From: a virus | DNA length: 64,000 bases | IMG/VR virus record: IMGVR_UViG_3300025018_000100 | Reading direction: 5' to 3' (one strand) | In this document: piece after piece, positions 1 through 9,498 of the stretch | Layout of the letters: every line of letters begins with the position of its first letter | Position numbering within the stretch: the stretch's first letter is position 1 | Program-made: the position numbers and the translations under genes | Notes under the pieces: model-generated | Told to the model about the DNA's origin: nothing | Databases searched by the model: none | The model's input: only the letters and a program-made list of their open reading frames with translations

Positions 1-361
1 GTCAGCTATAAGAATATGCGGAAAAGATACTCCTTATATGATTGAAAACCCTATAGGTGTAGTATCTACAATGTATAGAAAGTACGATTTCAACTTTAAT
101 CCTTGTGATTATGGTGGTTATTTGCCGGAGGATGATGTACATCCAGAATTTCCTGATTTAATTCCAGCAAGAGATAATTACACTAAAACAACTTGTTTAT
201 GGACAGGAAATGGATTTATAATACCAGAAAAGAAAAAGTTAAATATATTAAATAAAGGAAACGCCCATTACAATTCGGTTGGCGGTAAAAGCAAAAAAAC
301 AAAATATATAAGGTCTTTAAGTCCAAGAGGATTTTTTGTAGCCTTAGCGGAGATTTATTAA
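1..361 (+). CDS. DNA cytosine methyltransferase-like protein, C-terminal part (5' truncated by window)
   Basis: Frame open from position 2; IENP (ENV-like motif), YTKxTCLW and RSLSPRGF as in small phage Dcm-like proteins. Confidence 0.6.
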   Translation, partial: SAIRICGKDTPYMIENPIGVVSTMYRKYDFNFNPCDYGGYLPEDDVHPEFPDLIPARDNYTKTTCLWTGNGFIIPEKKKLNILNKGNAHYNSVGGKSKKTKYIRSLSPRGFFVALAEIY

Positions 362-573
362 TGATTTATATATATGGAATAGATAATTGTGAATTTTGTG
401 AAAAAGCAAAAGCTCTAGCATGTGAAAAAGGTATTGAATTTAAATATGTAGATATGCCCACAATATTAGAACGTAAAATAATTGGAAATAAGTACGGTAT
501 GCGCACTGCTCCAATTATCACAGAAGATGAAATATTAATTGGTGGTTATACTGAGTTTAAAAATTTAATCTAA
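361..573 (+). CDS. Glutaredoxin
   Basis: CEFC redox motif, RTAPII, IGGYTE; 70 aa. Confidence 0.9.
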   Translation: MIYIYGIDNCEFCEKAKALACEKGIEFKYVDMPTILERKIIGNKYGMRTAPIITEDEILIGGYTEFKNLI

Positions 574-708
574 AAATTTACAAATATAGAAATTTTTTTA
601 TTTTTTTCTATAAATACACACTTTCGGAATTGTGATTATATATAAAAATTTACGTTTTTGAAATAAATTAAAAATCATTGAGTACCTATCAGGAAGGTTA
701 AAAATTAA

Positions 709-1476
709 ATGAAAAAATATAAAACTATATGGTTAAGTGATATACACTTAGGTACTAGAGGTTGTCAGGCAGATTACTTATTAAGTTTTTTAATAAATAA
801 TGAAGCTGAGAATATATATTTAGTGGGGGATATTATTGATGGGTGGAGAATTATGGGAAGAGGTAAAACTTATTGGCCTACTTCACATAATACCGTAGTC
901 CAAAAATTATTAAGAATGGCTAGAGCAGGGACAAATATTGTGTTTGTAACTGGAAATCACGATGAATTTTTAAGACCATTAGTATCCGCCCAGGGCGGTG
1001 AATTAGAATTTGGAAATATGAAAATAGTAAATAGTTCTGAATATACTAGTCTTTCTGGTTTAAAATTTTGGATAGTTCACGGAGATGCTTTTGATGGAGT
1101 TACAGATTATCATAAATGGGCAGCTCTACTAGGAGATAATGCTTATGATTTTCTGTTATGGCTGAACATACATTTAAATAGGTTTAGAAGATTAATAGGA
1201 TTACCTTTTTGGAGTATTAGTAAATATCTAAAAAATAAAACTAAAAGTGCAATTAATTTTGTCTTTAAATATGAAGATAAGATTACCTATGAAGCTAAAA
1301 GAAGGGAATATAACGGAGTTATATGTGGTCATATCCATAATCCAGAAATTAAAATATTAAATGATGTCACTTATATAAACTGTGGTGATTGGGTAGAGAA
1401 TTGTACTGCTATTGTGGAGGATTATGATGGAAACATCAATATCATTAAATGGACAGAAAATACTGTTAGTGACTGA
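709..1476 (+). CDS. plcP: PlcP-like phospholipase C / LpxH-family metallophosphoesterase
   Basis: SDIHLG, LVGDIIDGW, GNHDE, HGD, CGHIH, NCGDWVE motifs; GNHD rather than LpxH GNRD; followed by a GT4 gene. Confidence 0.75.
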   Translation: MKKYKTIWLSDIHLGTRGCQADYLLSFLINNEAENIYLVGDIIDGWRIMGRGKTYWPTSHNTVVQKLLRMARAGTNIVFVTGNHDEFLRPLVSAQGGELEFGNMKIVNSSEYTSLSGLKFWIVHGDAFDGVTDYHKWAALLGDNAYDFLLWLNIHLNRFRRLIGLPFWSISKYLKNKTKSAINFVFKYEDKITYEAKRREYNGVICGHIHNPEIKILNDVTYINCGDWVENCTAIVEDYDGNINIIKWTENTVSD

Positions 1477-2437
1477 TGCTTGGTTGCCTCAAGTAAATGG
1501 GGTAGTAACTACTTTAAATACTATATATGAATTATGTAATATGCAAGTATTTCACCCAGAATTAGTAAAATATATTAAGTTTCCTTTTTATAAAGAAATC
1601 CCGTTATGTTATACTTTCAAAGGTCTTAAAGAATATATTAAGAATGCTGAATATATACATATAGCTACAGAAGGTCCTTTAGGGTTATATGCTAAATTGT
1701 ATTGTGATTTTAAAGGCTATAAATATACTACAGGATATCATACTAATTTTGATCAATTATTAAAAGATAACTATAATATTCCATTTTTTATTACTAACTT
1801 TTTTATTAAGTTTTTTCATAATAAAAGCGAAAAAATTTTAGTTCCGTCATTATCTACAGCTATCAAATTAAATAGTATTAACTTAAATAATACCATAATT
1901 TGGACAAGAGGAGTGACACAAAATTTTGTTTTCAATGATGAATTAGTAAAATTAAATAAAATTCTGAGATTACTTTATGTAGGTAGAATTAGTAAAGAAA
2001 AAAATATAAAGAATTTTTTAGATACAGAAATAGGTATACCCCATAAAAAAATAGTAATAGGGGATGGTCCTATGCTAAGACAATATCAAAAAGAATATTT
2101 AGATGTAAACTTTCTAGGTACTTTAGTAGGAGATCAACTAGTAAAGGAATATCAAAAAGCAAATGTTTTTGTTTTTCCTAGTAGATTTGATACTTTTGGG
2201 TTAGTACAAATTGAAGCTATGTACTGTGGAACTCCTGTAGCCGCATATAACGTTCCAGGACCTGAAGATGTAATAGACCAAAATAGAACAGGATATATAA
2301 GTAATAATTTAAAATATTCTATACTTAAATGCTTACATTTAGATAGAAAATCAGTAGCTAAACGAGCTAGAGAAATGTGGAGTTGGGATGCCTGCTTAGA
2401 TATATTTATTAGTAGTTTAGTAAAAAAAGAGAGATAG
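1424..2437 (+). CDS. GT4 glycosyltransferase, Agt-like glycolipid synthase candidate
   Basis: ILLVTDAWLPQVNGVV, HIATEGPLG, YVGRISKEKN, FPSRFDTFGLVQIEAMYCGTPV; GGAGG RBS at 1416-1420. Confidence 0.85.
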   Translation: MMETSISLNGQKILLVTDAWLPQVNGVVTTLNTIYELCNMQVFHPELVKYIKFPFYKEIPLCYTFKGLKEYIKNAEYIHIATEGPLGLYAKLYCDFKGYKYTTGYHTNFDQLLKDNYNIPFFITNFFIKFFHNKSEKILVPSLSTAIKLNSINLNNTIIWTRGVTQNFVFNDELVKLNKILRLLYVGRISKEKNIKNFLDTEIGIPHKKIVIGDGPMLRQYQKEYLDVNFLGTLVGDQLVKEYQKANVFVFPSRFDTFGLVQIEAMYCGTPVAAYNVPGPEDVIDQNRTGYISNNLKYSILKCLHLDRKSVAKRAREMWSWDACLDIFISSLVKKER

Positions 2438-2441
2438 TTTA

Positions 2442-2921
2442 TTGACTAATAAAAGCGCTTTAAAAGGTGGTGCTTATGAACGAAAAATTAAAGACTTGCT
2501 TACAGCTCATTATGGAATTAATTTTGAGAGAGTTCCTCATAGTGGTGCATTGAAATATTTAAAAGGCGACGTATGGGCACCTCACCATATGCATATATGG
2601 CAATATACAATCGAATGTAAGCATTATAAAGATTTAGAATTTAAAAACTTATTAGTAGCGAAAAGTAATGATATTCATAGTTTCTGGGCTCAAGCTTCGG
2701 AAGAAGCCGCTATTATGGCAAAAGAAAGTGGTACAGAAAAATATCCTTTATTAATATTTAGATGGAACAGAAGTAAAGATTATGTTGCTTGGAATACAGA
2801 ATTTGACTGTGAAACACAATTTTCTGTTAAAGCATTTGGTAATTTTTACAAAATAGCTTTGTTAGAGGATTGGTTGAAAGAAAATACAAAATTACTTGAA
2901 AAGTTAAAGCAACCTAAGTAA
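2442..2921 (+). CDS. Holliday junction resolvase, T5 D14-like
   Basis: KGGAYER...RVPHSGA...KGD...IECKHY PD-(D/E)xK pattern; directly upstream of D15-like gene as in T5. Confidence 0.75.
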   Translation: MTNKSALKGGAYERKIKDLLTAHYGINFERVPHSGALKYLKGDVWAPHHMHIWQYTIECKHYKDLEFKNLLVAKSNDIHSFWAQASEEAAIMAKESGTEKYPLLIFRWNRSKDYVAWNTEFDCETQFSVKAFGNFYKIALLEDWLKENTKLLEKLKQPK

Positions 2922-2929
2922 TTTTTATA

Positions 2930-2958
2930 TTGCGTTGCACCTTATTATGTTATATAAT
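2930..2958 (+). promoter_or_regulatory. sigma70-type promoter
   Basis: TTGCGT-17 nt-TATAAT upstream of flap endonuclease. Confidence 0.65.
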
Positions 2959-2990
2959 AAGTTTAATAATACTTATGAAAGGTAAAATTT

Positions 2991-3857
2991 ATGGATATGA
3001 GTTGGGATGATCTCGCAGGTCTTGAGGAACAGCGAGAGAATGCTCGTAAGAATTTACTATTAGTAGACGGCAACAACGTCGCTTATAGATATATTAAACG
3101 GGCTAATTATAATAATTTCACAGAAGATTATATTAGAACAGTAGAGAGTTTGGCAAAAAGTTATGATGCTAGACGTACAATCATTTGTTTTGATTTTGGT
3201 AAAAGCTATTACAGAAATAGTATATACCCAGAATATAAAGATAATAGGTCTCCTCCAAAAGACCCAGAAGAAAAAGAAAAGTATGATGAGTTTTTTAATT
3301 GTTTAAATTTCACTATTGATCTTCTAGCAGAACGTAATATGGAATATTATAAACTCAGAGGTGTTGAGGCTGACGATCTATTAACATTTTTTGTACAAAA
3401 CTTATCTGATGAATACGAACACACTTGGATAATTAGTAGTGACCGAGACTTATATCAACTTTTAGAAGAAGATATTAGTATTTTTAATATGTTTTCACGT
3501 AAAGAAATTACGTTAGAAAGCTTAAAAGAAGAACATAATTGTTCTCCAGAACAACATATGCTTGCTAAGATTATTCAAGGAGATAAGAGTGATAACATTT
3601 TTGGTATTGATGGAATTGGTGAAAAAAGAGCTTTAGATTTAGCTATTAAATATCATAACTTAAATAATTTAATCGCTAATCTACCTATTAAAGGTAGTAA
3701 AGCTAAATATATTGCTAATTTAAACGCAGGCAAAGATAAACTCATTCTTAATGAACAATTAGTTAATCTGGTAGAATATAATCAGCAAGCTATTGAAATG
3801 GGAAAGGAAGAGTCAGAAGGTTGGCAACAACTTCAAAGCGCTCTTATTTATAAATGA
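2991..3857 (+). CDS. 5'-3' exonuclease / flap endonuclease, T5 D15-like
   Basis: LLVDGNN, YPEYKDNR, GVEADD, SSDRD, GDKSDNIFGIDGIGEKRA (H3TH). Confidence 0.92.
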   Translation: MDMSWDDLAGLEEQRENARKNLLLVDGNNVAYRYIKRANYNNFTEDYIRTVESLAKSYDARRTIICFDFGKSYYRNSIYPEYKDNRSPPKDPEEKEKYDEFFNCLNFTIDLLAERNMEYYKLRGVEADDLLTFFVQNLSDEYEHTWIISSDRDLYQLLEEDISIFNMFSRKEITLESLKEEHNCSPEQHMLAKIIQGDKSDNIFGIDGIGEKRALDLAIKYHNLNNLIANLPIKGSKAKYIANLNAGKDKLILNEQLVNLVEYNQQAIEMGKEESEGWQQLQSALIYK

Positions 3858-4093
3858 TATTTTTCGGTAACGGAGAAAAATCTTTAGCAGAAGCTTATTT
3901 TTTAATTAAAGACTTAATTAAAGCTTTCGATATTTTGAACGGTCTTCAACAAGGGTATATAAATAAAGAAGAAAGAGAAGAATTAGAATATGAAGTATTA
4001 GCAGTTAGAAAAAAAATTTTTAATGCTTTAAGTATAAATAAAGATGATATGTTAATCCTTAATAGATTTGGTGAATTAAAAAATGAGAAATAA
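3854..4093 (+). CDS. Hypothetical protein
   Basis: ORF overlapping both neighbours. Confidence 0.55.
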   Translation: MIFFGNGEKSLAEAYFLIKDLIKAFDILNGLQQGYINKEEREELEYEVLAVRKKIFNALSINKDDMLILNRFGELKNEK

Positions 4094-4574
4094 CGTAGTT
4101 AGAAATAGAGGTAAAAGTAACGCCTCTATATTTTTTAAACCTGGAACCATTAATAGTGGGGATTATGTCACTATTTTTGTAGATGCTAGTTACTGTGATA
4201 AAACACATTCTATGGGTTGGGCAGGCTGGTGTAAATATGGAGAGTGTGGTAAAAATATAACTTGTTCAGGAACTGGCAAAGCTGCTAATAGTACAAAAGC
4301 GGAGTTAACTGGATTAATTAAAATGATTAATTTCGTAATAGAAAGTGGAGTTTCTATTAAAAATAAAAAAGTAGTTATTCAATGTGATAATATCAATGCA
4401 TTGGAGACATATAAACACGATAGACTTTATGAGTTAGGTGCAAAAAATGTTAAATTTAAGCATGTAAAAGCTCATACTAATGGCTGGGATCGACGCAGTA
4501 AAGTTAATGATTGGTGTGATGCCCAAGCCAAAGAAGCCTTAAACAGGAGTAGAAATGAACACGTTGGACGTTAG
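4083..4574 (+). CDS. rnh: Ribonuclease H
   Basis: IFVDAS, NSTKAEL, IQCDN, HVKAH, NDWCDAQA catalytic pattern. Confidence 0.85.
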   Translation: MRNNVVRNRGKSNASIFFKPGTINSGDYVTIFVDASYCDKTHSMGWAGWCKYGECGKNITCSGTGKAANSTKAELTGLIKMINFVIESGVSIKNKKVVIQCDNINALETYKHDRLYELGAKNVKFKHVKAHTNGWDRRSKVNDWCDAQAKEALNRSRNEHVGR

Positions 4575-5151
4575 AATTGAAAAAACAGAATTAGCTAAAA
4601 AATTAGAAATCAATCAAGGATTAAACTTTAATCTTTGGCAACATCACCCTTTTGATGCTGGATATGATGTGAGAGCTTGTATTGAAAAACCTATTTCCTT
4701 ATATGCTGGAGAAAGAGTTATTATCCCTATTGGGTTGTATATAGAATTAGATAGTCCACATTGGGAAATTCAAGTACGACCACGAAGCGGTCTATCCGCC
4801 AAAAACGGTATTACAATAGTAAATTCTCCGGGTACTATTGATTTTAGTTATAGAGATGAGATTAGAGTTGTTCTGTTAAATACCTCTCATGTAGTTTCTG
4901 AAGAAACGAAGTTTCTTATTAACCCAGGAGATAGAATTGCTCAGCTTTGTTTTAGAAAAGTACCAGAAGTTAATATAGAATACGTTGACGAAATAGCTAA
5001 AACAGTAATCATTAATAAAGAAAGAGACTGGACTAGAGAGGATAGAGGACCTAAAAATAAAAAACAATGGGGACTCGAAGCTACTGGTGAATTAACCGAA
5101 GAACAACAGAAAATAAAAAGAGGTGGATTTGGTAGCTCAGGTATTAAATAA
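4555..5151 (+). CDS. dut: Trimeric dUTPase
   Basis: DAGYD, RPRSGL, NSPGTIDFSYRDEI, GDRIAQL, RGGFGSSG; insertion before motif V. Confidence 0.95.
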   Translation: MNTLDVRIEKTELAKKLEINQGLNFNLWQHHPFDAGYDVRACIEKPISLYAGERVIIPIGLYIELDSPHWEIQVRPRSGLSAKNGITIVNSPGTIDFSYRDEIRVVLLNTSHVVSEETKFLINPGDRIAQLCFRKVPEVNIEYVDEIAKTVIINKERDWTREDRGPKNKKQWGLEATGELTEEQQKIKRGGFGSSGIK

Positions 5152-5335
5152 GAAATGGATTTTTAGAACAGTTCCCGCGATAATTCAATTAATTATCGCA
5201 ACTGTTCTATTTTTTTACTTTATGATAAACCCCGCTTATTTATTAATATATCTAGGCATTAGTATTCCTTTATCAGGATTATTTATAGAAACAATTATAC
5301 TAAATAATGCATTAAGGAAATGGTTAAGAATATGA
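5123..5335 (+). CDS. Small membrane protein
   Basis: Two hydrophobic segments, overlaps neighbours. Confidence 0.5.
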   Translation: MDLVAQVLNKKWIFRTVPAIIQLIIATVLFFYFMINPAYLLIYLGISIPLSGLFIETIILNNALRKWLRI

Positions 5336-5592
5336 TATATACACTAGGACATACAGAATCTTATAAAAAGATTTTAAAAGAAAATAAGATTGTATTTAAA
5401 GTGGGAAGAGAGATTGACGGAGTAGGTGGAATAGCTTTTAAAAACAAAGAAAATGCTAATAAGTATATTATTGATAATAATAAAAAAACTTGGTCAGTCT
5501 TTGGATTAGATTGTGAATGGGATAATACTTATTACTTAAAAGAAGAAGATAGGTATGCTATAATTAAAGATACAAGGATTATAAAAATATGA
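5320..5592 (+). CDS. Hypothetical protein
   Basis: ORF in tightly packed operon. Confidence 0.55.
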   Translation: MVKNMIYTLGHTESYKKILKENKIVFKVGREIDGVGGIAFKNKENANKYIIDNNKKTWSVFGLDCEWDNTYYLKEEDRYAIIKDTRIIKI

Positions 5593-5897
5593 AAATAACA
5601 TTGTGTGGAAGTACTAAATTCAAAGATAAATTTATAGAATTAAATAAATCTTTATCTAAGGAAGGGCATGTAGTTTATAGTGTGTCAAGCTTTGGACATT
5701 CTGGTGATGTTATATCAGATGATGAAAAAATAACCTTAGATTTAGTACATCTAATAAAAATACAAGAAAGTGATGCTATATATGTAATTGATATAGACGG
5801 TTACATAGGTTTTAGCACTAGTCGAGAAATTAAATGGGCTAAAATGTTAAACAAAAATATAATTTATTGGAGCCTAGAAAATGACAAAAAAAATTAG
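5589..5897 (+). CDS. Nucleoside 2-deoxyribosyltransferase-like protein
   Basis: KITLCGS ... IQESDAIYV...GYIGFSTSREI pattern of small Rossmann-fold phage proteins. Confidence 0.6.
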   Translation: MKITLCGSTKFKDKFIELNKSLSKEGHVVYSVSSFGHSGDVISDDEKITLDLVHLIKIQESDAIYVIDIDGYIGFSTSREIKWAKMLNKNIIYWSLENDKKN

Positions 5898-6072
5898 AAT
5901 TGAAAATGGAGACACATCTGGACACTCCGTAGATATAGAAATTTGGGATAATGATGAACTAATAGAAATTAAAAAATTAGACTACCCCACTGCGTTAGAA
6001 GAAATTACTATTTGGGAAGATCGATATATAGTTATTAGAGAGGTAAAAAGAGATAATGACCAAACAAAGTGA
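5881..6072 (+). CDS. Hypothetical protein
   Basis: ORF overlapping neighbours. Confidence 0.55.
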   Translation: MTKKIRIENGDTSGHSVDIEIWDNDELIEIKKLDYPTALEEITIWEDRYIVIREVKRDNDQTK

Positions 6073-6961
6073 GATACTAGAAGATAGTAATTATAGACCT
6101 ATATTAGACCATGGATTTGTGGGATTAATTGATGTTATGGGTAATGATGCTTCTATAGCTAGAGCCGCTAGAGTTAGTTATGGGGCAGGTACAAAAACGG
6201 TTAATGAAGATAGAGGCTTAATTAGACACTTAATAAGACATAAACATACTAGCCCAATTGAGATGGTAGAATTTAAGTTACATATAAAAATTCCCGTTTT
6301 TGTTATGAGACAACATGTAAGACATAGAACTGCTAGTCTTAATGAATACAGTGGTAGATATAGTGTTATGAGTGAGGAATTTTATATCCCTGAATCTGCT
6401 AATATAGCACCTCAAAGTATTAACAATAAACAAGGTAGAGAAGATGATGGTTTTGATATTGATACAAAACAATTTATTAAAGATATAATAAGTACTCATT
6501 CTGAAGATTCGTATAAAGCGTATGAGATTTTATTAGGACAAATCCCTAATGATGAAAATTATCCTTCTTACAAGACTATAACAGACAAAGGAGGTTTAGC
6601 TAGAGAATTAGCAAGAATGGTGCTACCAGTAAATTATTATACCGAATTATATTGGAAGATAGATTTACACAATCTTATGCATTTCTTAAAATTGAGAATG
6701 GATAGTCATGCACAATATGAGATTAGGGTATTAGCTAATGCTATATATGAACTAGTAAAACCTCATGTTCCTATTGCTATGGAAGCTTATGAAGATTATA
6801 TATTAGATGGTTGTTCTTTTAGTAAACAAGAATTACAAATACTTAGAAAATTCATTTATGTGATGAATATAAATAGAAGTGATGCTAGAGAAATGGCTAA
6901 TGAGTTTATAGAGAATAAAAGAGAATTGGAAGAATTTATAACAAAAATTTATAGAAACTAA
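6056..6961 (+). CDS. thyX: FAD-dependent thymidylate synthase
   Basis: RAARVSY, HTSPIE, RQHVRHRTASLNEYSGRY ThyX signature, ARELARMVLP, LRMDSHAQYEIR. Confidence 0.97.
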   Translation: MTKQSEILEDSNYRPILDHGFVGLIDVMGNDASIARAARVSYGAGTKTVNEDRGLIRHLIRHKHTSPIEMVEFKLHIKIPVFVMRQHVRHRTASLNEYSGRYSVMSEEFYIPESANIAPQSINNKQGREDDGFDIDTKQFIKDIISTHSEDSYKAYEILLGQIPNDENYPSYKTITDKGGLARELARMVLPVNYYTELYWKIDLHNLMHFLKLRMDSHAQYEIRVLANAIYELVKPHVPIAMEAYEDYILDGCSFSKQELQILRKFIYVMNINRSDAREMANEFIENKRELEEFITKIYRN

Positions 6962-7215
6962 TGAAAAAAGATTTTAGAAGAACTACAGAATGGAAAACTA
7001 AATTATTTCTATTTCCTAAAGCATTAGAAACGTGTAAAGCAGATATTCCGTATTTGAGTGATAGTATAATTGAATATAGTAGGTTTTTTACTAAATTAGA
7101 ATATAGAAAACAAGCAACAATCAATAATGGTTATATTACTATATATAGAAAACTAGGTTCTGATTGGGATATTTTTATACAAGATTTTGAAAAGAAGCCT
7201 CCACGTATAAAATGA
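6961..7215 (+). CDS. Hypothetical protein
   Basis: TAATG coupling to thyX. Confidence 0.55.
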   Translation: MKKDFRRTTEWKTKLFLFPKALETCKADIPYLSDSIIEYSRFFTKLEYRKQATINNGYITIYRKLGSDWDIFIQDFEKKPPRIK

Positions 7216-8360
7216 TAATATTTATGACTCAATATTATCGTGGTTTGGGTCATAGTATGCGTATTAAACATATTGCAGAAGAGATTTCCAAAACTCACGA
7301 AACGATGATAGTACATCATCTATTAAAACCGCCTATAGAATTTAACGTACAACATGAAGTAACTTTAATGACTAGAGATATGATAGATCGAAGTCAAAAA
7401 AATCTTTATGAAGGCATTATGACAGAGAGTAATATAAATGCCAGATTATTCAATTACAATGAGCGAGTGCTACCCTATGTGGATGAGAGAACAGTTTTCA
7501 TCTCAGAGGGTTGGCCTTTGTGCAGACATCAATTCGCTTTTGAATTGTTCCGAATTACTGAAAGTAACAAACAAAAAGGAGCAATCCAGTTGGTTAGTAT
7601 TAGAGACTTTCCTTGGGACGAGCCTCATAGCTTATCTCTCCAAGATTGGGTCGCGGTCACTCAAAATAAAATTATCAGAGAGTACTATGATACAGTCCTT
7701 GTTCATGGTGATGCAGCAGCCCTCCCAATGTACGCAGACACTATGGCATACGCAAACAGTGAAACTATTGTTCAGGAACTTTCAGAGTTTTTATACTATA
7801 CCGGATATGTGGTTAACCCCTCCCAACCCAAATATACGGGCGGGACAAACCGCATATACGTTAGCTGTGGACTCAATAAAGAAGAGAGTCTTTACTTATT
7901 ACGGGATTTCTTAAAAATAAGTAAAGAATTACCTGAATATGAGTTTATATTTCCTATTGCAAATGAACATTTAGTCAAACAATTAGGAATGAGAAATAAA
8001 AATAACGTAACTATAGTAGATTATATACCTAATCTGCATGAAAAATTAAGTAAGTGTGCTATATTTATTACTTATGGTGGTTATAATAGTACTATGGAAG
8101 TATTGAATGGACGTGTTCCTGCTATTATCATACCTAGAAGTGATGGTAGAAAATTGGAACAGTTTGTAAGATGTTATAAATTTGAAAAATATGATATGTT
8201 TAAAGTATGTAGCCCAGATAACCTAAAAAAGATACCTGAATTAGTTAGAAAAATTAGTCAAGATATTAATTTTCCTAAGAAATGCGAATTTAACTTGAAC
8301 GGAGTTCAAAATAGTGCCGAATACATTATCCGAAAAGCAGAAATGGCAAAAAAATCTTAA
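7212..8360 (+). CDS. GT-B glycosyltransferase (GT28 C-terminal-like)
   Basis: N-terminal GLGHSMR, LVHGD, YTGYV, ITYGGYNSTMEVL...PAIIIPR...EQFVR. Confidence 0.8.
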   Translation: MIIFMTQYYRGLGHSMRIKHIAEEISKTHETMIVHHLLKPPIEFNVQHEVTLMTRDMIDRSQKNLYEGIMTESNINARLFNYNERVLPYVDERTVFISEGWPLCRHQFAFELFRITESNKQKGAIQLVSIRDFPWDEPHSLSLQDWVAVTQNKIIREYYDTVLVHGDAAALPMYADTMAYANSETIVQELSEFLYYTGYVVNPSQPKYTGGTNRIYVSCGLNKEESLYLLRDFLKISKELPEYEFIFPIANEHLVKQLGMRNKNNVTIVDYIPNLHEKLSKCAIFITYGGYNSTMEVLNGRVPAIIIPRSDGRKLEQFVRCYKFEKYDMFKVCSPDNLKKIPELVRKISQDINFPKKCEFNLNGVQNSAEYIIRKAEMAKKS

Positions 8361-8826
8361 ACAGGATGAGCTTAAATATATTTTAACTAAAAATGATCCT
8401 ACCAACCCCGAAGATCATGGTTGGATACATATAACTTTAAGAGATAATAAATTAAATTATAAAGTATCTAAAGCAAGACGTATAGTATTAGTAGGATGTG
8501 GGAGCTACCCTTACAGTCTGTTTGATATAGCTAAAAAATACTCTCATAATAAAGATTTAATATTTATTGGCATAGATTACGATGAGATTTGTTATAGGAT
8601 ATGCGTATCTTTAAGGAATAAGTATAATTTACAAAATTTTTATTTTTATCAATGTAGAGGTATTGATTTTAATTATTCTAATTTAATAGATGAAGACATG
8701 ATATTCTTAAGTGCTGATTTAATAGATATCGAAGATACGTATTGGCATATTATAAAAAATAGTAAAGCTCAGGTTTATATATGCAAGCCACATAAAAAAT
8801 CACCGGGATTTTATCCCGGTGATTAA
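8314..8826 (+). CDS. SAM-binding Rossmann protein resembling nicotianamine-synthase-like / methyltransferase family
   Basis: RIVLVGCGSYPYSL motif I, FIGIDYD motif II. Confidence 0.5.
   Translation: MPNTLSEKQKWQKNLKQDELKYILTKNDPTNPEDHGWIHITLRDNKLNYKVSKARRIVLVGCGSYPYSLFDIAKKYSHNKDLIFIGIDYDEICYRICVSLRNKYNLQNFYFYQCRGIDFNYSNLIDEDMIFLSADLIDIEDTYWHIIKNSKAQVYICKPHKKSPGFYPGD
8798..8824. terminator. Hairpin at the convergence of the + and - arms
   Basis: AATCACCGGGAT-TTT-ATCCCGGTGATT with A-run on the left (U-tail on - strand). Confidence 0.75.
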
Positions 8827-8828
8827 GT

Positions 8829-8951
8829 TTACTTCTTCTTATACTTAGTTGTCTTCTTTTTGGGCATTTTTTTAGGGTCGGCTTTATTGCCAGCCATTTT
8901 TGATTTCATTGCTGCAACTAATTGAGGCGGCATTTTTTTCTTTGCGTCCAT
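8829..8951 (-). CDS. Very basic 40-aa peptide
   Basis: MDAKKKMPPQ...KKMPKKKTTKYKKK; purine-rich leader before ATG at 8951. Confidence 0.6.
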   Translation of the reverse strand: MDAKKKMPPQLVAAMKSKMAGNKADPKKMPKKKTTKYKKK

Positions 8952-9013
8952 AGTTTTCTCTCTTTTTAGCACCTTTAACATATTACGTTGTAAAAATAAA
9001 GGGACTACTGACA

Positions 9014-9280
9014 TTAAAATTTATTAAATGTATTTTGAGCAGAAAATTTCTTGCCCACGCCAGTCTTTTTTGGTCCCTTTGTAAGAGAGCCTGCTCCACC
9101 AGTTACGGGTGCACCGTTACCTGCTGAAGGGTTAACATTGTAGTTTCCTACACCGTTAGACTTCCCGGCACCTGTTAAAGTTTGTGTGCCTTTCTTTGCT
9201 GGTCCTTTCTGTACTCCACCTTTAGGTGTTACAGAATTTACACCATTATTTGATGGGGTACCGCTTGCTGTTTTTGCCAT
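9014..9280 (-). CDS. Gly/Lys/Asn-rich low-complexity basic protein
   Basis: AAGGAG RBS; no acidic residues; internal KGP(A)KK repeat. Confidence 0.7.
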   Translation of the reverse strand: MAKTASGTPSNNGVNSVTPKGGVQKGPAKKGTQTLTGAGKSNGVGNYNVNPSAGNGAPVTGGAGSLTKGPKKTGVGKKFSAQNTFNKF

Positions 9281-9293
9281 AGTAATTATCTCC

Positions 9294-9491
9294 TTATTTA
9301 GAACGACGAAGTCTTGTTTGATTCATTGCAATGGCGATTGCCTGTTTTTTATTAGTAACAGTTTTACCGCTTCCAGACTTTAGTTTGCCTTGTTTAAAGC
9401 TATCTATAGTCGAACCTACTCGTTTACGTTCACTATCTTTAAAATTTAGTAATGATTTTTTCCTTTGTTTCTTTTTAAGATTTTTCATCAT
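9294..9491 (-). CDS. Small basic protein with GKLKSGSG...KQAIAIA motif (DUF6496-like)
   Basis: FKQGKLKSGSGKTVTNKKQAIAIAM; ATG at 9491 just downstream of a promoter. Confidence 0.65.
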   Translation of the reverse strand: MMKNLKKKQRKKSLLNFKDSERKRVGSTIDSFKQGKLKSGSGKTVTNKKQAIAIAMNQTRLRRSK

Positions 9492-9498
9492 ATTATAT

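Noticed and set aside
574-708. Pho box upstream of the plcP-like gene
   Set aside because: No CTGTCAT-like direct repeat with 11-bp period visible
709-1476. LpxH (lipid A biosynthesis)
   Set aside because: GNHD instead of GNRD and pairing with a GT4 gene favour PlcP
7438-7914. Overlapping 158-aa protein in alternative frame
   Set aside because: No RBS or recognisable motif; explained by local GC elevation
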